A DNA stretch of 63,366 nt, the filler included, from Folioceros fuciformis (Eukaryota): the NCBI GenBank assembly GCA_049999805.1. It is 17 parts of 17 records of this genome, joined end to end, with 100 filler letters (N's around TTAATTAATTAA, not from the genome) between each part and the next. Parts side by side here need not be neighbours in the genome. Positions count along the whole stretch, not along the records: positions 9,401 to 15,591 come from JBNGIO010006777.1; positions 15,692 to 16,994 come from JBNGIO010006778.1; positions 17,095 to 23,202 come from JBNGIO010006779.1; positions 23,303 to 25,625 come from JBNGIO010006780.1; positions 25,726 to 30,172 come from JBNGIO010006781.1; 12 more parts are not named here. One strand, written 5' to 3'. Both the position numbers and the translations under genes were made by a program. Under the pieces are notes generated by a model. It saw only the letters and a program-made list of their open reading frames with translations. It was not told the origin of the DNA and ran no database searches. Within the stretch, counting starts at the first letter, position 1; each line of letters starts with the position of its first letter. Positions 13,101 to 26,128 of the stretch are shown in pieces.

Positions 13101-14020
13101 CCATCAAGGCCCCACACGTACACACATAGTATGATACAATTGTCTCCTCTCACATGCCTATCCTGTACATCCTTCCGTGTCAGTTTCGGAAAGTGTTGCA
13201 GGCTTTGCAAGATCATCACAAGGCCAGCAGCCCGGAAGGGTGGCATACCCGGCAAACACACGCAGTCTGGAGCTGTAAAGTACCGTTGGTGTGGCGTGTC
13301 ATCCAAGCCGCATCTCCGCGAAGGATAGGCGCGGCTTGTCCGAAGGCAGGCTTTGTCCGCTCCAGCCTGTTTGCCCTGCCATAACCTTTTTCAAAAATGA
13401 ACATCCTGCCCTTGCCCGTTGTACTCTGCCCCTTCAATATGCGTGCATGTACCTAGTCCATATTGCCGCGCCAGCGGCACTGCCTGGCGTACCATCAGCA
13501 TTAATACTATGGGCATTCCGCGCAGATGATGTGTGTTATCAGTCTTAGTACCAACTCAACTGAAGCCGCACGGGGGACCAAGCCTTGCATCGTAAAATAC
13601 TCCAATCACGTTTCACCTTCGCCGTCCCTCTCACCAACCACCTTGTGGGAAAGGATTGCCTGAGGCGCGCAAATCCTCCCTCCAGGTCCGCAGGTAACCG
13701 ACTTCTTGTTGTGTCAGCAAGAGAATGCTGCACCCAAGAACCAGCCAATGATAGATGACGGAGATTTGTATTTAGATACCGGCGTGTGCAATTCGCCATT
13801 TCACAGCTGGACGGTCATTTGGAGAAGACTAGAAAAAGGTGATGGAACACATGGCAAGTAGTGGACCTAACATCTCTCTCTGCTCACGGTCAGGGCCCAT
13901 GACCAGATGTGTGTAGAGTCTGATGTGAATCCTTATCCCGTCCACCACAGGATGCGCATTCACATTGCACTGTCTGACGACAAAAACCAATCAATCGCGT
14001 CCCATGGCACCCGCTGGCCT

Positions 14021-15253
14021 TCACACCACACTGATGCAGTAAACTCTAGAGCCCAAATCGGCCACCTGCAAGCCCTCTTTGGTGCACCCAGAGAAGAATC
14101 TGCTGTCCTCCTGCTTCCCTATCCTTCGGCGCCAGCTCATGAGCAGGCAAGGTGATGGCAGCTCCGCAAGACCGTGATCGGAGCTCACACTTCCGCCTCT
14201 GAAGCTATCATGGTCTGGAGCAGAGGTGTCACGCTCCCCAACATCTCTTCCGAGCAGATGGCACAGAGTTTTGATGAGGTTTGGGTACTGCTTCACGTCT
14301 ACGGCATGGCAAACGCGATCAAACAATATTTCCGCTTCGGAGTCGTAGACCTTAAAGTTGAAAGTGAGGTGAGGGGTTAAGGGAAAGCAGAAACGCTACT
14401 TACAGAGCAGGATGTCGCTTGCGATGATAACATCCCATCGAGGATGTGCTACAGGAAAAGTTTCCCCCCATGTATCTGCAAGAAAGACACATGCAACTGT
14501 GAAGCCAATCGTCAACCGCTGTACAAAAAGGCGAAGGCGAAAGAAAGTCACACACATCTTACGTCGGATGTGCGGTACGCTGGGCTCGCGGTTTGCCTCG
14601 AAGTTGTGACGAATATTTCTCTCAATCTCCTCATCGTCGTAGTCGCAAGTGGTAAGCTCCACTGCAAACGACTTCCTTACGAAAATAGACAGCGCTCCGG
14701 TTCCACTGCAAATTGCTAACAAACGAGCATTAGGGCAAACCCAAGGATACAGTAGAACTGCTCAGTCTGGATCGTTAAACACAAACAACAGAACCTTCCC
14801 AGCTCCAGGACACGGCGCCCTTCCAGCAGGTGCTTGTGATCTACCAGCCATTGAGCAAAAACGATGGTTCCTGGCCACAACAAGTTGGCATTCACTCGAT
14901 GGAAAGAAAACTCTCGTATGCGCAACTCCTGCACAAATATCTACTCCCTAAGCTGGAAAATCCTCCCGTCAACCGCATGATTAGGTCTGGGCTGCTTCAA
15001 GCACACGGAGGATCACCATTCCGGGAAACGTGTGTTGTCTTTCCACGAAGGCCAAGCCCGCTCCATCGTCAGCCGAAACATCATCATCTGAACATGCAAA
15101 CTCCACAAGTCAGCACAACAGACACAACTGTAGTGGTGCCCTTCGGATAGACGTTATCTCAGACTTGGAAGACTATGGCACAGTCACAACACCTGACCCG
15201 CCAAAGAGATGAGAAGCGGAAAACACTGCTGGCTCCATGGGCCCTCCTCCCAT
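14021..15253 (-). CDS. Class I SAM-dependent protein methyltransferase (METTL23/NNT1-like, Methyltransf_16), 6 exons
   Basis: The spliced product reads MEPAVFSASHLF..VERQHTFPGM|ELRIREFSFHRVNANLLWPG..VLELGSGTG..TCDYDD..WG..DVIIASDILLYVKQY..MSWRRRIGK; all junctions are GT-AG. Confidence 0.9.
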
Positions 15254-15691
15254 GGACACTGGAGTTTAGAGTTTAGGGTTGAGTCCTTCTGGCAATAGAC
15301 CCTCAACTAGAAGGCGGCTCGTCTTGTCGTCTGTCTTTGCTATATAGGAATCGAATCGCCATCCCTAACTTTTTGCACCCTCTGGGATGGACTCTTCGAA
15401 ACCTCAATTGTGACTACTTGCCACTGGGCTGCATCGCCAGTAGCTCCTTCAGCACCTAAGGGGGCTCAACATCAAATCATTCAGTTTTGATGAACTCCAA
15501 AATTCTTTTGTTGTAAAAGTAAACTTGTATGAAAAACGTATTCACCAAATACAGTCCACCCTCCCTAAATGTTGCCTGTTGGGAGTAGGGCNNNNNNNNN
15601 NNNNNNNNNNNNNNNNNNNNNNNNNNNNNNNNNNNTTAATTAATTAANNNNNNNNNNNNNNNNNNNNNNNNNNNNNNNNNNNNNNNNNNNN

Positions 15692-16994
15692 CGGCTCTCT
15701 TCAAGCGTGAGATCGACCAGTTTCTCCACCTGCTCTACAGGTAGGCAGCACTGCGCTCTAAGTCCGTGAGCTCTCTCAGACTACTCGCGATCGGCTAGCG
15801 GGAAGTAGACTGTTCTGAACGGCCTGGGCCGAAGGAGTCACGACCTTGGGGTTTTGAATTGCAGGCAATGCTGGTCCGGGTCCGCCACAACTACTGGAAT
15901 CGCTACTCTCCTTGACACCTCCCTGGCCTTCCGCTTCCTCCGGGAGCACGGCTACCATGTCTCGCCCGACGTGTTCGAGAAGTTCAGGAAGCCTAATGAA
16001 GACTTGCTGTCTCGAGACGATTCCGTGGCCACCGTGCTTAACTNNNNNNNNNNNNNNNNNNNNNNNNNNNNNNNNNNNNNNNNNNNNNNNNNNNNNNNNN
16101 NNNNNNNNNNNNNNNNNNNNNNNNNNNNNNNNNNNNNNNNNNNGCTGTCTCGAGACGATTCCGTGGCCACCGTGCTTAACTTCTACAGAGCCAGCCAAAG
16201 AGCATATCTTGGCGAGACGCTCCTGGAGGATGGCAGGCTACAAGCCTTGCGCCTGCTCAAGGAAAGACAGGCCGAGAATGACTGCTGGGACGGAACGATC
16301 TCCAAGGATCTATCGCGCGAGGTAAGTACACTGTGTAGTGCTATCATTGTACTAAACGATCCGTCCGGTCGGTCGCATGCAGGCCTAATAGGAAACGCGA
16401 GTGCACTCTGTCCGCGATTGCGCAGGTTGATCTTGAGCTGTACCGGCCCTGGAAATCCAGTATTTGGCGATCGACTCAGCGGAGGTCTATAGAGGNNNNN
16501 NNNNNNNNNNNNNNNNNNNNNNNNNNNNNNNNNNNNNNNNNNNNNNNNNNNNNNNNNNNNNNNNNNNNNNNNNNNNNNNNNNNNNNNNNNNNNNNGGTCT
16601 ATAGAGGAGTTCGTTCCCAGGCCTGCTCATGTCGTGAACCGCCAATACTTGCAGTTGTATGTCGCCCAAACTGATCTGTTTCCGGACCTCCATATTACTT
16701 CTTTCCGATGCTCATGTGCATCGCCTTCTGTCGTGCGCGTGCAGGGGCCTCAGTTTGATCGACGAGCAGGGCATCCTTGATCTGGCAAAAGCGAATTTCA
16801 ATTCGGAGCAGGCAAAACATCAAGAAGAGGTCCAAAGGCTTGAAAGGTGACTCTATTCGCAGGCTGCAGCGCGCAAGTTGTAGTATAGACGTCTCGGGGA
16901 ATGTCTCCGTCGGACCTGCAACTACCGCTCACCAGCATCGTGTCTAAGCATTCCACCTGGGTCATGCAGATGGTACGTGGGTTGCAAGTTGGAC
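15692..16994 (+). CDS. Diterpene-synthase-type TPS fragment (N-terminal domains into the catalytic domain), truncated at both ends
   Basis: Motifs LFKREID, DTSLAFRFLREHGYHVSPDVF, LNFYRASQ, ISKDLSREV and LDLAKANFN..Q..HQEEVQRLERW, across GT-AG introns. Confidence 0.85.
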
Positions 16995-17094
16995 NNNNNN
17001 NNNNNNNNNNNNNNNNNNNNNNNNNNNNNNNNNNNNNNTTAATTAATTAANNNNNNNNNNNNNNNNNNNNNNNNNNNNNNNNNNNNNNNNNNNN

Positions 17095-20000
17095 GATACG
17101 ATGAGGCAACAGGATTGTGGCTCACTCCACACAAAGTGTCACTGTGCATCCTCCTCGAAGCGTATGTTGCTCCATCAGGTGGTTCTATGCGTTTCAGAAC
17201 CGTGTCTCCTTCAGTTCGACATCGGCTGGGGCTGTTTATCCTGTATCTCACGAAGGTCTGGAACAGACCTGTTCACGCATTAGCAATGTGGTGTCGGGGT
17301 TTTGCTGCACTCGATTTTTATCGTTTATGCACCATGCAGGCTTCCAGTGGTTTTACTGAGCCTTCGGTAGAGGAGCTCGGGCGTCAGGTCAAGGATGCTG
17401 TTGAAGTGGGTGAAGTTCTTGCAGGATGGCTGGCCAGACGCCTGCAGGGTTTCAATTCCCCTGAAGACCTCGTCACGTTTTTCTTGAGCTTACGAGGTGT
17501 GTTTTCGTACCTGGTTCACTTGATTGGGGCAATCGTATCGAAAGATGTTTTTTTTTTTTGCCAAGCAGCATGTTCTCGTTTTGGCTGCTGTGTAACCAAG
17601 CTCTCGAGCTGTATTCCCTCTGTCCAGACCTTCTGGCTCCGGTGCCGTATGTGAATCCTGACGGTAATGGTGGAGAAAGAACTACACTGTTGGTGGAGCA
17701 TACCAGCTCATTGGGCCAGTTTCTGCGCCGGTGTGTGCTGTCATTTAATCTGCTTACGTTCGAGGTGATCTTTCTCACTTTGCTGCCGTTTGTCTTGTAT
17801 GAGGTGCATTGTACTCTACTTGACCATCCGAATCATGATACTGAGTTGTATACACGTTACCAGGGAATATGCAGGATCCTGACTGAGCTTGATGCGTATC
17901 GGCAGCCTGTACTTGGTCTCGAAGGCAAAAATCTGTTTGGGAGAACATCAAGTAGTATGATCTATGAGGATGATGATCTTGTGGAAGATGACTCAGACTT
18001 TGAGCTACCTTTGCAAGATGTTCAACGAGTTGGTCAATCTGCTACCGGTACAAAGAGTTGATGCAACCCCTCAGTTGGGAAGATATGATTTTCTGGCAGT
18101 CTATGTGCCCCTGCACCACAGCAAACAGACCTTATTGTGGGCATCTATCACAGGTGGCCAAAATTTTGGTCTGCAAAAGCGACAGCCCACGGAAATGGCC
18201 AGTGAGGACTCTGAGCACTCTGAAGATGCTGTCCAGGATGCTGGGTTAGCATATGTGTTCGGTGGTTTCACAGGTAGAGGTGATCTTAATGGTGAGGGCA
18301 CGTTCCTGCGCACTCATGGACAGATTGAAGCGTATGTCAAGGAGCAGGCCTCCTTGATAGAAAAGTAGGTGTCCGTTCTGTAGTGTGACCTTCTGTTGTT
18401 ATCTCTGGTCTCGATTGTCCCCGTCAGGTGACTCTGTATCTCGGATTGGTGATCGCTTGTAGCTCGAAGACAGGTATCGCACAGTTGGTTCTCTAAGTTG
18501 AATATATGCCTGTTTTGAAGCACAGGGAGATTGGCGGGGTTTCTGATCAAGAGTTTGACAGAAGATTGACTCCTCTTGAAAAGCTGGCTCCAATCATTCC
18601 AAGGGTACGTAGCTACACTTCACCTGCAAACAATGTAGAAGTTGGCTGGTGTGAAAGAACGATCAAAGCTTCTGGTGTCCATGCAAAAGGTCCACTATCT
18701 GCATTATCTGGGATATCTTCATCGTGGTGATTACACTGGAGCATTGGATAGCATCCACAGATATTACGACTACAGGTAGTTTGTCCTAAGCATTTCTTAA
18801 CTAATATTGCCATTCTCTTGCTTGTGCAAATTAGTATAAGATCTGATGAAGGTTATTGTCCTGTAGCGCGGAACCTGCTTTGCGTTGCTGTTTGTTGATA
18901 TTCTAATTTGAGCTGCAGTGCTGGAAGAGGTGGAGCGACGGGGACAACCTCTTCAGATGCCAGCTATGGACGGTTCCAAGCTGGCCTCTTGGGTCTAGGA
19001 TCAATGCATGCCCACCTTAGCAATGTGTCTCAAGGCTTGCAGGTGAGCACACGCTTTTGCTGATTTCCTGTAAACAAGGCTTCTCTCTAACAGGTTTCTG
19101 TTTTCGTCTGAACAGGCACTTAATGAGGCGGTTCATATTGCTCAGCAGGTGAATCTCTTGCTAGGTGCATCAATGCCTGATCTCTAGGTGGTGCAGCGCT
19201 CCAGTTTTTTATTTTGACACGAGCATTGTTAAACTAGCTCCTGTGCAATGTTCTGAGGAGTGATTGCCCTGTCTGCAGCACAATGATGATGAGTGCCTTG
19301 CTCATGCCTTGGCAGCTTCCTATCATCTCCTTTCTGAGTCTGGATTCACATCCTCGGGAGCTCCCCCACAGTGGCTGAGTGTGACTGTTGGAGCAACTGC
19401 TGTGGGGCTGAATGTCGGTAATGGGCCGGCAGTGGCTATCCAGCAGCAAGCACTACGGTTGGTGAGACGCTGTCTACAGCGCGCGCTAGATTTAAAGTTG
19501 CCACATTTAGTGGCATTCAGCCGTCTTGCACTGTCTACCTTCGACTTGAAGGTAATTTTGTATTCCCATTTCTGTCATATCTGTATTCCTTAGTCGTGCA
19601 TCACAGGTTGTTATTTGTCTTCTTGGCACGGTGCCTTTGTTGGTTGCTTTGCCTTTCTCTCGTTTGCGGTCCCTTCCAGAATTGTCACGTTGTCAACTTG
19701 TTGTCCCAGTCTCTTAGGTCAAGCTCATACATGCTCAATGAGTCTCCAACCAACATCTTCAACATCCTCTCTACAGCCAAGCGTCCAAGCCACCGAGCTA
19801 ATGGGGGGCTCTCCTCATTTGTTGGCCTCATGCACACTTCACCCGGAAATTACATTGGCGGTGGAACGGGATGGCCCAATTTCAAGGCCAATGCAGGGTC
19901 TGCGATAGGGTCCCTTCTCAAGCTCGCAGGAACATCTCATCTCCTAAATGCTGCCTCATGGGAAGTCTATGGCAGGTGAGGTCCTTGGAGAGACCTTGCA

Positions 20001-21710
20001 TACAAAGTGCTAGGAGTATATTTCAGTACCAAATGAGCCACAAATTGTCTTCTTGCTCTGCAGTGGCCCACTTGTACGTATATGTTCTCTCGTTCATGCA
20101 ACATGCTACTCCGATGTTGCCAGGTTAGTGTACGAACTAAATCTTGGGAACCTTCTGCTTGGACTGCATTTTATGGCTAGGTGCACAAAACCAGACTTGA
20201 AGGATTTTGTGTGGCAAGTGAGAGCTTTGACATCCTTCCTGACACATAGGGATTGAATTTCAGTGCAGATGACCACGCTCTTGCATATGTCAAGCTTGCT
20301 CGGCACCTGGCAACTTTCAAAGGCGTAAAAGGTGCAATATCCGCACCTTGTCAGCCATGAACATGTGGAAGGTCGTGCCGTCCTAACTAGAAAGCTACTT
20401 CCTGTGTGGTGTACAGTGGCGTTGTCCGCTATGGAGGTGGCAGCCGTGAAATTCGAAAAATCTGCCAAATCTCGAATCCGAGCCATGCAGCTGCAGCTTC
20501 TTCACGACCAAGCACTGTATCGGTACCTCTTGTTACTCATACATCAGCTGGAGGAGGAGGAGTGGAACCTGAAGTAATTTGTGATCTGTTTTAAGGTCAG
20601 CGGGGAGACAAGATCTGCCATGGTCGCTTGTGGTGAGCTTTTCGCTTTGGCCTCCTCTGTAGCTGGAGTCAACATGGACACAAAAATCACAGCAAGTTTC
20701 AGGCATATACAGAGCTTGGTTGCCGCAGGGCACCTTGTTGAGGTAATGGTGATGCTGCAGTTCTCATGGGTTTCCAAATGAGTGTGTTTTCCTTCTCATG
20801 AAGATACATCGGGTTGCAGGCAGCTGTTCCTCTGCAGGTGCTCTTTTCGTTGTGCTGCAAGGCGAACATGCAAATCGACAGCATCCCCGTATTACTCTTG
20901 ATGGCTAACATGTACAGAGTATGTCTTGGGCTGGAGGCTCAGTTAGATAGTGGCATTAAGCATCAAGCTTGTACCAAGAAGAGTTTCTGTATGCTAGATT
21001 TCAACTAAGACTTTGCTGTGGTGCGCAGGAAGCAGGTGCTGCAGTCTGTGGCATTCCGTATGTGCTTGCAAGCTTGACTCTTAGTCAGTCATATGGCCGG
21101 GACCTTTTACATGCCACAGCCTTCATAACATTGGCTGAGCTCTGGTTGGGGCTTGGAGTTGATCACGCTCAACAAGCTCTTAGTCTTCTGGAGCATTGTC
21201 TGGCTATGGTCCGTGGGCATGGTGGTCTCCACCTTCGTGCGCGGGCTAATCTTGCCATAGCTCGCTGTCACCTTAGCTGTGTGACATTTTCAGGTCGCCC
21301 CTTTACCTGGTTGCTACAAGATGCACTCTCGTTGCACCAAAGATTTGGGTGGAAGTAACGGGGTGCCCTTCTGGGTTGGTTTTGCAGCGGCTGCTGAACC
21401 GGAGACTGTTCTTGAACCTTTGCAGGAAGCTGCAAAAGACTTCGACTTGCTGGAGGTCTGTCATGACGATTTGCTGTTATATACGTACTGTCTGTTACAC
21501 ATGTAGAAGCTCTGAGGATTGAACGGTGTGCTTGTCATTTTTTTGCAGTGTTATGCTTCGGCTGCGGAAGCTTACTACTTCCTAGCACTGCTATTCAACT
21601 CATTCAACCGGATTGATGAAAGAGACAGCGCTGCCTCATCCTACCAAAGATCGATCCTCAGGCTCAACATCGCACAAGGGGTGCAGAATGGTGCACAGCA
21701 GGTGCGGTAG
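17095..21710 (+). CDS. APC5: Anaphase-promoting complex subunit 5; multi-exon, start missing
   Basis: N-terminal LTPHKVSLCILL, then LGQFLRRCVLSFNLLTFEG, VHYLHYL..DYTGALDSIHRYYDY, ALNEAVHIAQQ, and C-terminal TPRs (LAELWLGLG, AAEAYYFLA). Stop ends at 21710. Confidence 0.93.
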
Positions 21711-22914
21711 AAGGTGGATTTCCCCACGAGTCATGATTACAATGAAAGTGTTCCGGACGTTACAGTATGTTGAAGTCCAGTTTTCCAGATATCCTTAGAT
21801 GTTTCCTACAAGTCACGCTGGGGGATGAGAGGTGGGTTTGTCTCGTCTATTTTGCGCTAAATAAAGCTCGTTCCTGAATGGTCTGTGGAGAAGAACTCTG
21901 TGGAAGCCGTACGAGCAGTGCGACAAGACAACCACCCCGAATGCAGTTCTTGCGTAATGACCAGAAATCTTCAAGGTCTGCATTTCATACCATAGACTTG
22001 ATGTCCATCGGTAAGTATGTCGTCAAGCACATGCCTTTCTTTATCTTGAGCAAAGAACTGCCAGGAGTTCGGTTATCCCAGCTGCAAGGCAAGTATGCAG
22101 GGACATACTATTTGTCAGCTTCTGCCACCTCCTGACATTGGGTCTCTCTCACGACACCTGCAGACGAGAGGACTTAGCTGGCTATATGAGCTGCGACATG
22201 TTGAAACAGGAGAGAGAAGCTTAGGCCGCAAAAAAATCTTTGGCCAGCAGAACATCTCCTTCCCACTTGCACGTCTTTCTTGAATTACAGGGGCAGTTGC
22301 CTTGCGGCTGGGATCCGAACTCTTCGCCCAGGTTAATAAACGGGTAGCACCTCCAACACCTGTCATCATCCTCTCAACCTTCACGAGGTTCAGCCGAGAA
22401 GAGACAAAGACAAAATCTGCACACAATATAGACGCCCCCACGCTGCAAATCTTGCCCTGACTCCCACTGCTCAAGCTCCCTTTGTTCTGAGGGTACTCTT
22501 GTCAATCCCAGGCGAGTCCTACGACTACGGTTACAATCCTGCCAAGGCTTGTACAAGCTTGAACAAGCTTAAGACTGTACCACCCAAGGAATCAAGTGGC
22601 CAAACAAGGTCCTGCCGCCCTTCTCGCTCACCCAGACTTTTCCCGTCACGGGCTGAATGTGCAACAAGCTTGCTGCCTCTCGATGCTTCATTGTTCGCCA
22701 AAGAGGAACACCTTGGAGCGACGCAACCTGTAGCAATTCCTCGACAATCTGTCATCCCACCAATCTTAGACGGAGATGGGACCTCGTGTTGCGGCATGAT
22801 CCACATAAAATGCAAACGCTTAGGGCACCTATCAATTTGAAACGCACACGGTGGACCAACGCGATGATACGCGCGTGAGAACGAGGCTCAACCACTTTCT
22901 GCGAAGTCTTCTTT

Positions 22915-22955
22915 AACCCATATTGTATACACAATATGATCTTTACATTTATAAG
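22915..22955 (+). promoter_or_regulatory. Pol III snRNA promoter: USE-like AACCCATATTG (22915-22925) and TATA TTTATAAG (22948-22955)
   Basis: Elements lie at about -65 and -32 from the U6 start. The USE-like element resembles the plant USE consensus RTCCCACATCG, with Pol III-type spacing to the TATA box. Confidence 0.7.
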
Positions 22956-22979
22956 AAGTAAACTGCACCAATATAGGTT

Positions 22980-22997
22980 GTCCTTCGGGACATCTGA

Positions 22998-23029
<32 letters not shown>

Positions 23030-23082
23030 GGCCCCTGCGCAAGGATGACACGCACAAATCGAGAAATGGTCCAAATTTTTTT
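22980..23082 (+). ncRNA. U6: U6 spliceosomal snRNA, full length
   Basis: 5' hairpin GTCC-TTCG-GGAC, ACAGAGA box, GATTAGCATGGCCCCTGCGCAAGGATGACACGCA, and a terminal T7 run acting as Pol III terminator. Confidence 0.98.
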
Positions 23083-24639
23083 GTCAACCTACCGAACTTG
23101 GTATCCCGTTTCTTCGTTTCGATCTGACCGAATTCCCGGTGCCAGTTCGCGCTGCTTCCTCACTCCGGGGCCCATTCATGGGGCTTGATCCAACCCTATT
23201 ATNNNNNNNNNNNNNNNNNNNNNNNNNNNNNNNNNNNNNNNNNNNNTTAATTAATTAANNNNNNNNNNNNNNNNNNNNNNNNNNNNNNNNNNNNNNNNNN
23301 NNCTGTACAGAGTTTTGGCTGGTTGTGGTGACGGCAATGTGGCATCCAGTTGTCTTAATCATGAAAGCGCTATCCACGAAAAAGGTGTTACTGTGTATCC
23401 ACAAGCCTCACGAGGTGTGCATCGTTACCGATGATTTGTCGTTTCGCAAAGAATATCGCATCCTGGAATTCGTTGTTGAAGATTTTTCCTGCAAAGAACT
23501 GCCTGATGATGTGCCGTGGCTTTCACATCGAAGAAGACAAGCTTCCTCTTCACTGCGCAGTGCACTTTAATGAGCTGCATCGGAAACCTAGAATAGAAAT
23601 ACTGCGCGGTTTTTAGGCTCACGGCGCCGTGAACCGCGTCGTGCTCGGGGAGGAGCTTTCATAACCAGGGTCCCAAAAGTGCGGAATCGGTGAACCCTAT
23701 CTCAGGGCCGGATTCCGGCGAGCTAAATAATATGGTTAATTTATATCTCTTCTAAAGAGCATGAGATCATACGAGATAGGTCTCTAGTATGCGTGGTATG
23801 TCTTCCCACTCTTTCGCATTCTTATGTTAGGGTTTTCATTTTTGAGTTGTACTACAACATTTGGCTTGTGGAGAGTCTGGCTGGTTTTTGTTATGTGTTA
23901 TGTTAGAGTTGTTTTTTTTGTTATTTAGTTTTCTTGGTAGAAACAATCCTCTACCAAGGTCTTGGTATCTTGAAGTTTTGAAGTGGATGGTTTCTTCATT
24001 CTAGTTTTGTATGATCTTTTATGCCCTAAAATGATGAATAGGTTTGCAATCTTGTGTCTTAACTTAGTTCTCCAAGTTCATCAGTCTGTTCCTAATGCCC
24101 TTCTTCAGGAGGCTAGTTCATTGCTTTATTCTATGATTATAATTATTTTAATGACAATTATTGTGGTAGCTACTAAAAAGGAGATTAAAGAAGCGGATTA
24201 GAATATGGTGGAAATTCCCTCGTCAAGTAACACTGTGGTGAGATGTTCGATGTGTGCGCTTTTAATGCTTTGGCAGATTACCGAAAATAGCCAGCCTCAT
24301 AGCACCGTGAGCACCGAACGGCACAATGTGAAGGCTTCACATTGTGAAGCGCACTTCGTGGCTTTATGACCCTCTTATCATGCCGAGGTCTTGGTGGCCT
24401 AACCTAATGATGATGATATATAATCTGAGTTTTAAGGATTATTTTTTCTTACCTGATTTTTTTTAGTAATATCATTATGAGTACTTTTGCATATTTATGT
24501 CTTCAATTATTACTACAAGCTCATTCTATTCCTCCTACTCATGACAAGGATGACAATTTGATGTTATACTCCATATTTATAGCTATAATGGTCATTGCTT
24601 TCGCTTGCAGTTACAAGTGAAGAGGAGATCATTTGGAAG

Positions 24640-25600
24640 TGAAGAAGAGTATGGTGAAAATTTCCTTGTCAAATCACACTATGGCAGGATGTACACATGA
24701 GTGCTTGGCATATTGAAGGGGATGAGGTACAAGATGCTCAATGGCGTTTTGCTTACAATATGTCGTACCCTAACTCATGGGTTTCGTTGACCTTTTCAAG
24801 CCATATATTGTGCTTGTTGGGTTTAGAGAACCTCTAGAGTTGCACCATGCTGTTGCCATGGTTTTGCATCTACTTGCTAGAGACCTTCCTCCTCATATTG
24901 TTGCTGACATGTATGGAGTTGGTGCATCTACCGTGGTTCAATATACTTTGTTGGTCATAGAGGTTTTAAGCAATCCCGAAAAGTTGTTTTATGTAGCTTG
25001 CCAATAGGATATATCGGCAAGATCTATGGAACTCACTGGTTACCCAATATGGTTGGAGCTGTTGATGGGTCACATATTAAACTAGCTACACAACCAAATG
25101 AAGAGGACAATCCTGTGGCTTATTGGTGTCCCCATGATATTCATTCCGTTGTTCTGCAAGGAATCTGTGATGTTGACAAGTTATTCCCAAATGTTTCTTG
25201 CACACATTCTGGTGGAGTGCATAATGCAACTATTTTGAGGGAGAGCACTATATGATAAAGGATGGTTCAGGGTCAAATTTTAACAGAGCCATCTTTGGAG
25301 GTTTTTAGAACAACAATCACTATTGATATTGTGGGGGATAGTGCACACACTTTGATGCCTTTTTTTTATTATCACATTTCTTGTAGTGGGAGGTGACAAT
25401 GAGAAGCCAAGTTCAACAAGAGCATGCATTGGGGATGTGTGAAAATAGAGAACACATTTGCTCTATTGAAGAACAAATGACGTATACTGAAACACTTAAA
25501 TGTGAGGTTAAAATATGCACCTCAAGTTGTCATAGCTTGTTGTGCACTTCATAATTATTGCATTATGATTGAAGAGGCCCATGTCAACGTTCAAGGCTGA
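24640..25600 (+). mobile_element. PIF/Harbinger transposase (DDE_Tnp_4) remnant, pseudogenised
   Basis: Motifs VGAVDGSHI, SVVLQGICD, GGVHN, IVGDSAH, KIENTFALLKNK*RIL and VIACCALHNYC, with stops and frameshifts. Confidence 0.9.
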
Positions 25601-25725
25601 ACGCGAACGGTGGATGCAAAGCAAANNNNNNNNNNNNNNNNNNNNNNNNNNNNNNNNNNNNNNNNNNNNTTAATTAATTAANNNNNNNNNNNNNNNNNNN
25701 NNNNNNNNNNNNNNNNNNNNNNNNN

Positions 25726-26128
25726 TGGAGGTGCTGGAGATGTTGCTGTTCTGGGAGCCCGAAGGGGAGGAGGGCTCCGCCAGCAAGGAAGATGAGGCTG
25801 GAGCTTTGGCTATGGCTGCAGACTGGCGGGCGGAGTGGTGGTTGAAGTGGGTGGTGAAGAACTGGTGTCTGGAATCCAGCGGGAAGTTGGCGCCGGACGT
25901 CGGGTGCGAGGAGGTGAAGGTGGAGGAATTGAGGTCCAGCTGGAGAGCGCTGCTGGAAATTCCCATCTGGAAGAGCGGCTGAGAGTGCGAGTGGCCGAGC
26001 CCGGTCATGTGCTGATGAGTGAGCCAACCATTGGGGTCCAGCGGGTGAGGCTGCTGGTGAGCGACAATGGCGCTGGGATGCCTCGGCTCAGCGACTGAGC
26101 TGGTCTGCTGCTGGTAGCATGAGCTCAT
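25726..26128 (-). CDS. N-terminus of a probable transcription factor (S/H/Q-rich, possibly WRKY-like), truncated
   Basis: ATG at 26128 with a frame open to the contig end and low-complexity 'PSSPSGSQNSNISSTS'. A long GC-rich leader with a (CAG)n tract near 27072-27100 lies upstream. No DNA-binding domain is visible. Confidence 0.4.

Noticed and set aside
10141..13900. Many long overlapping ORFs (up to 324 aa)
   Set aside because: GC-rich, microsatellite-laden (CCTGG, GCAGCT) upstream DNA with no domain signature; these look like chance ORFs.
16005..16607. Direct repeats flanking internal N gaps in the terpene synthase
   Set aside because: Identical sequence on both sides of each gap indicates unmerged scaffold overlaps. 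Collapsing the first restores the reading frame.
21850..22850. Possible gene or pseudogene between APC5 and U6
   Set aside because: There are short frames and splice-like signals, but no consistent product could be assembled.
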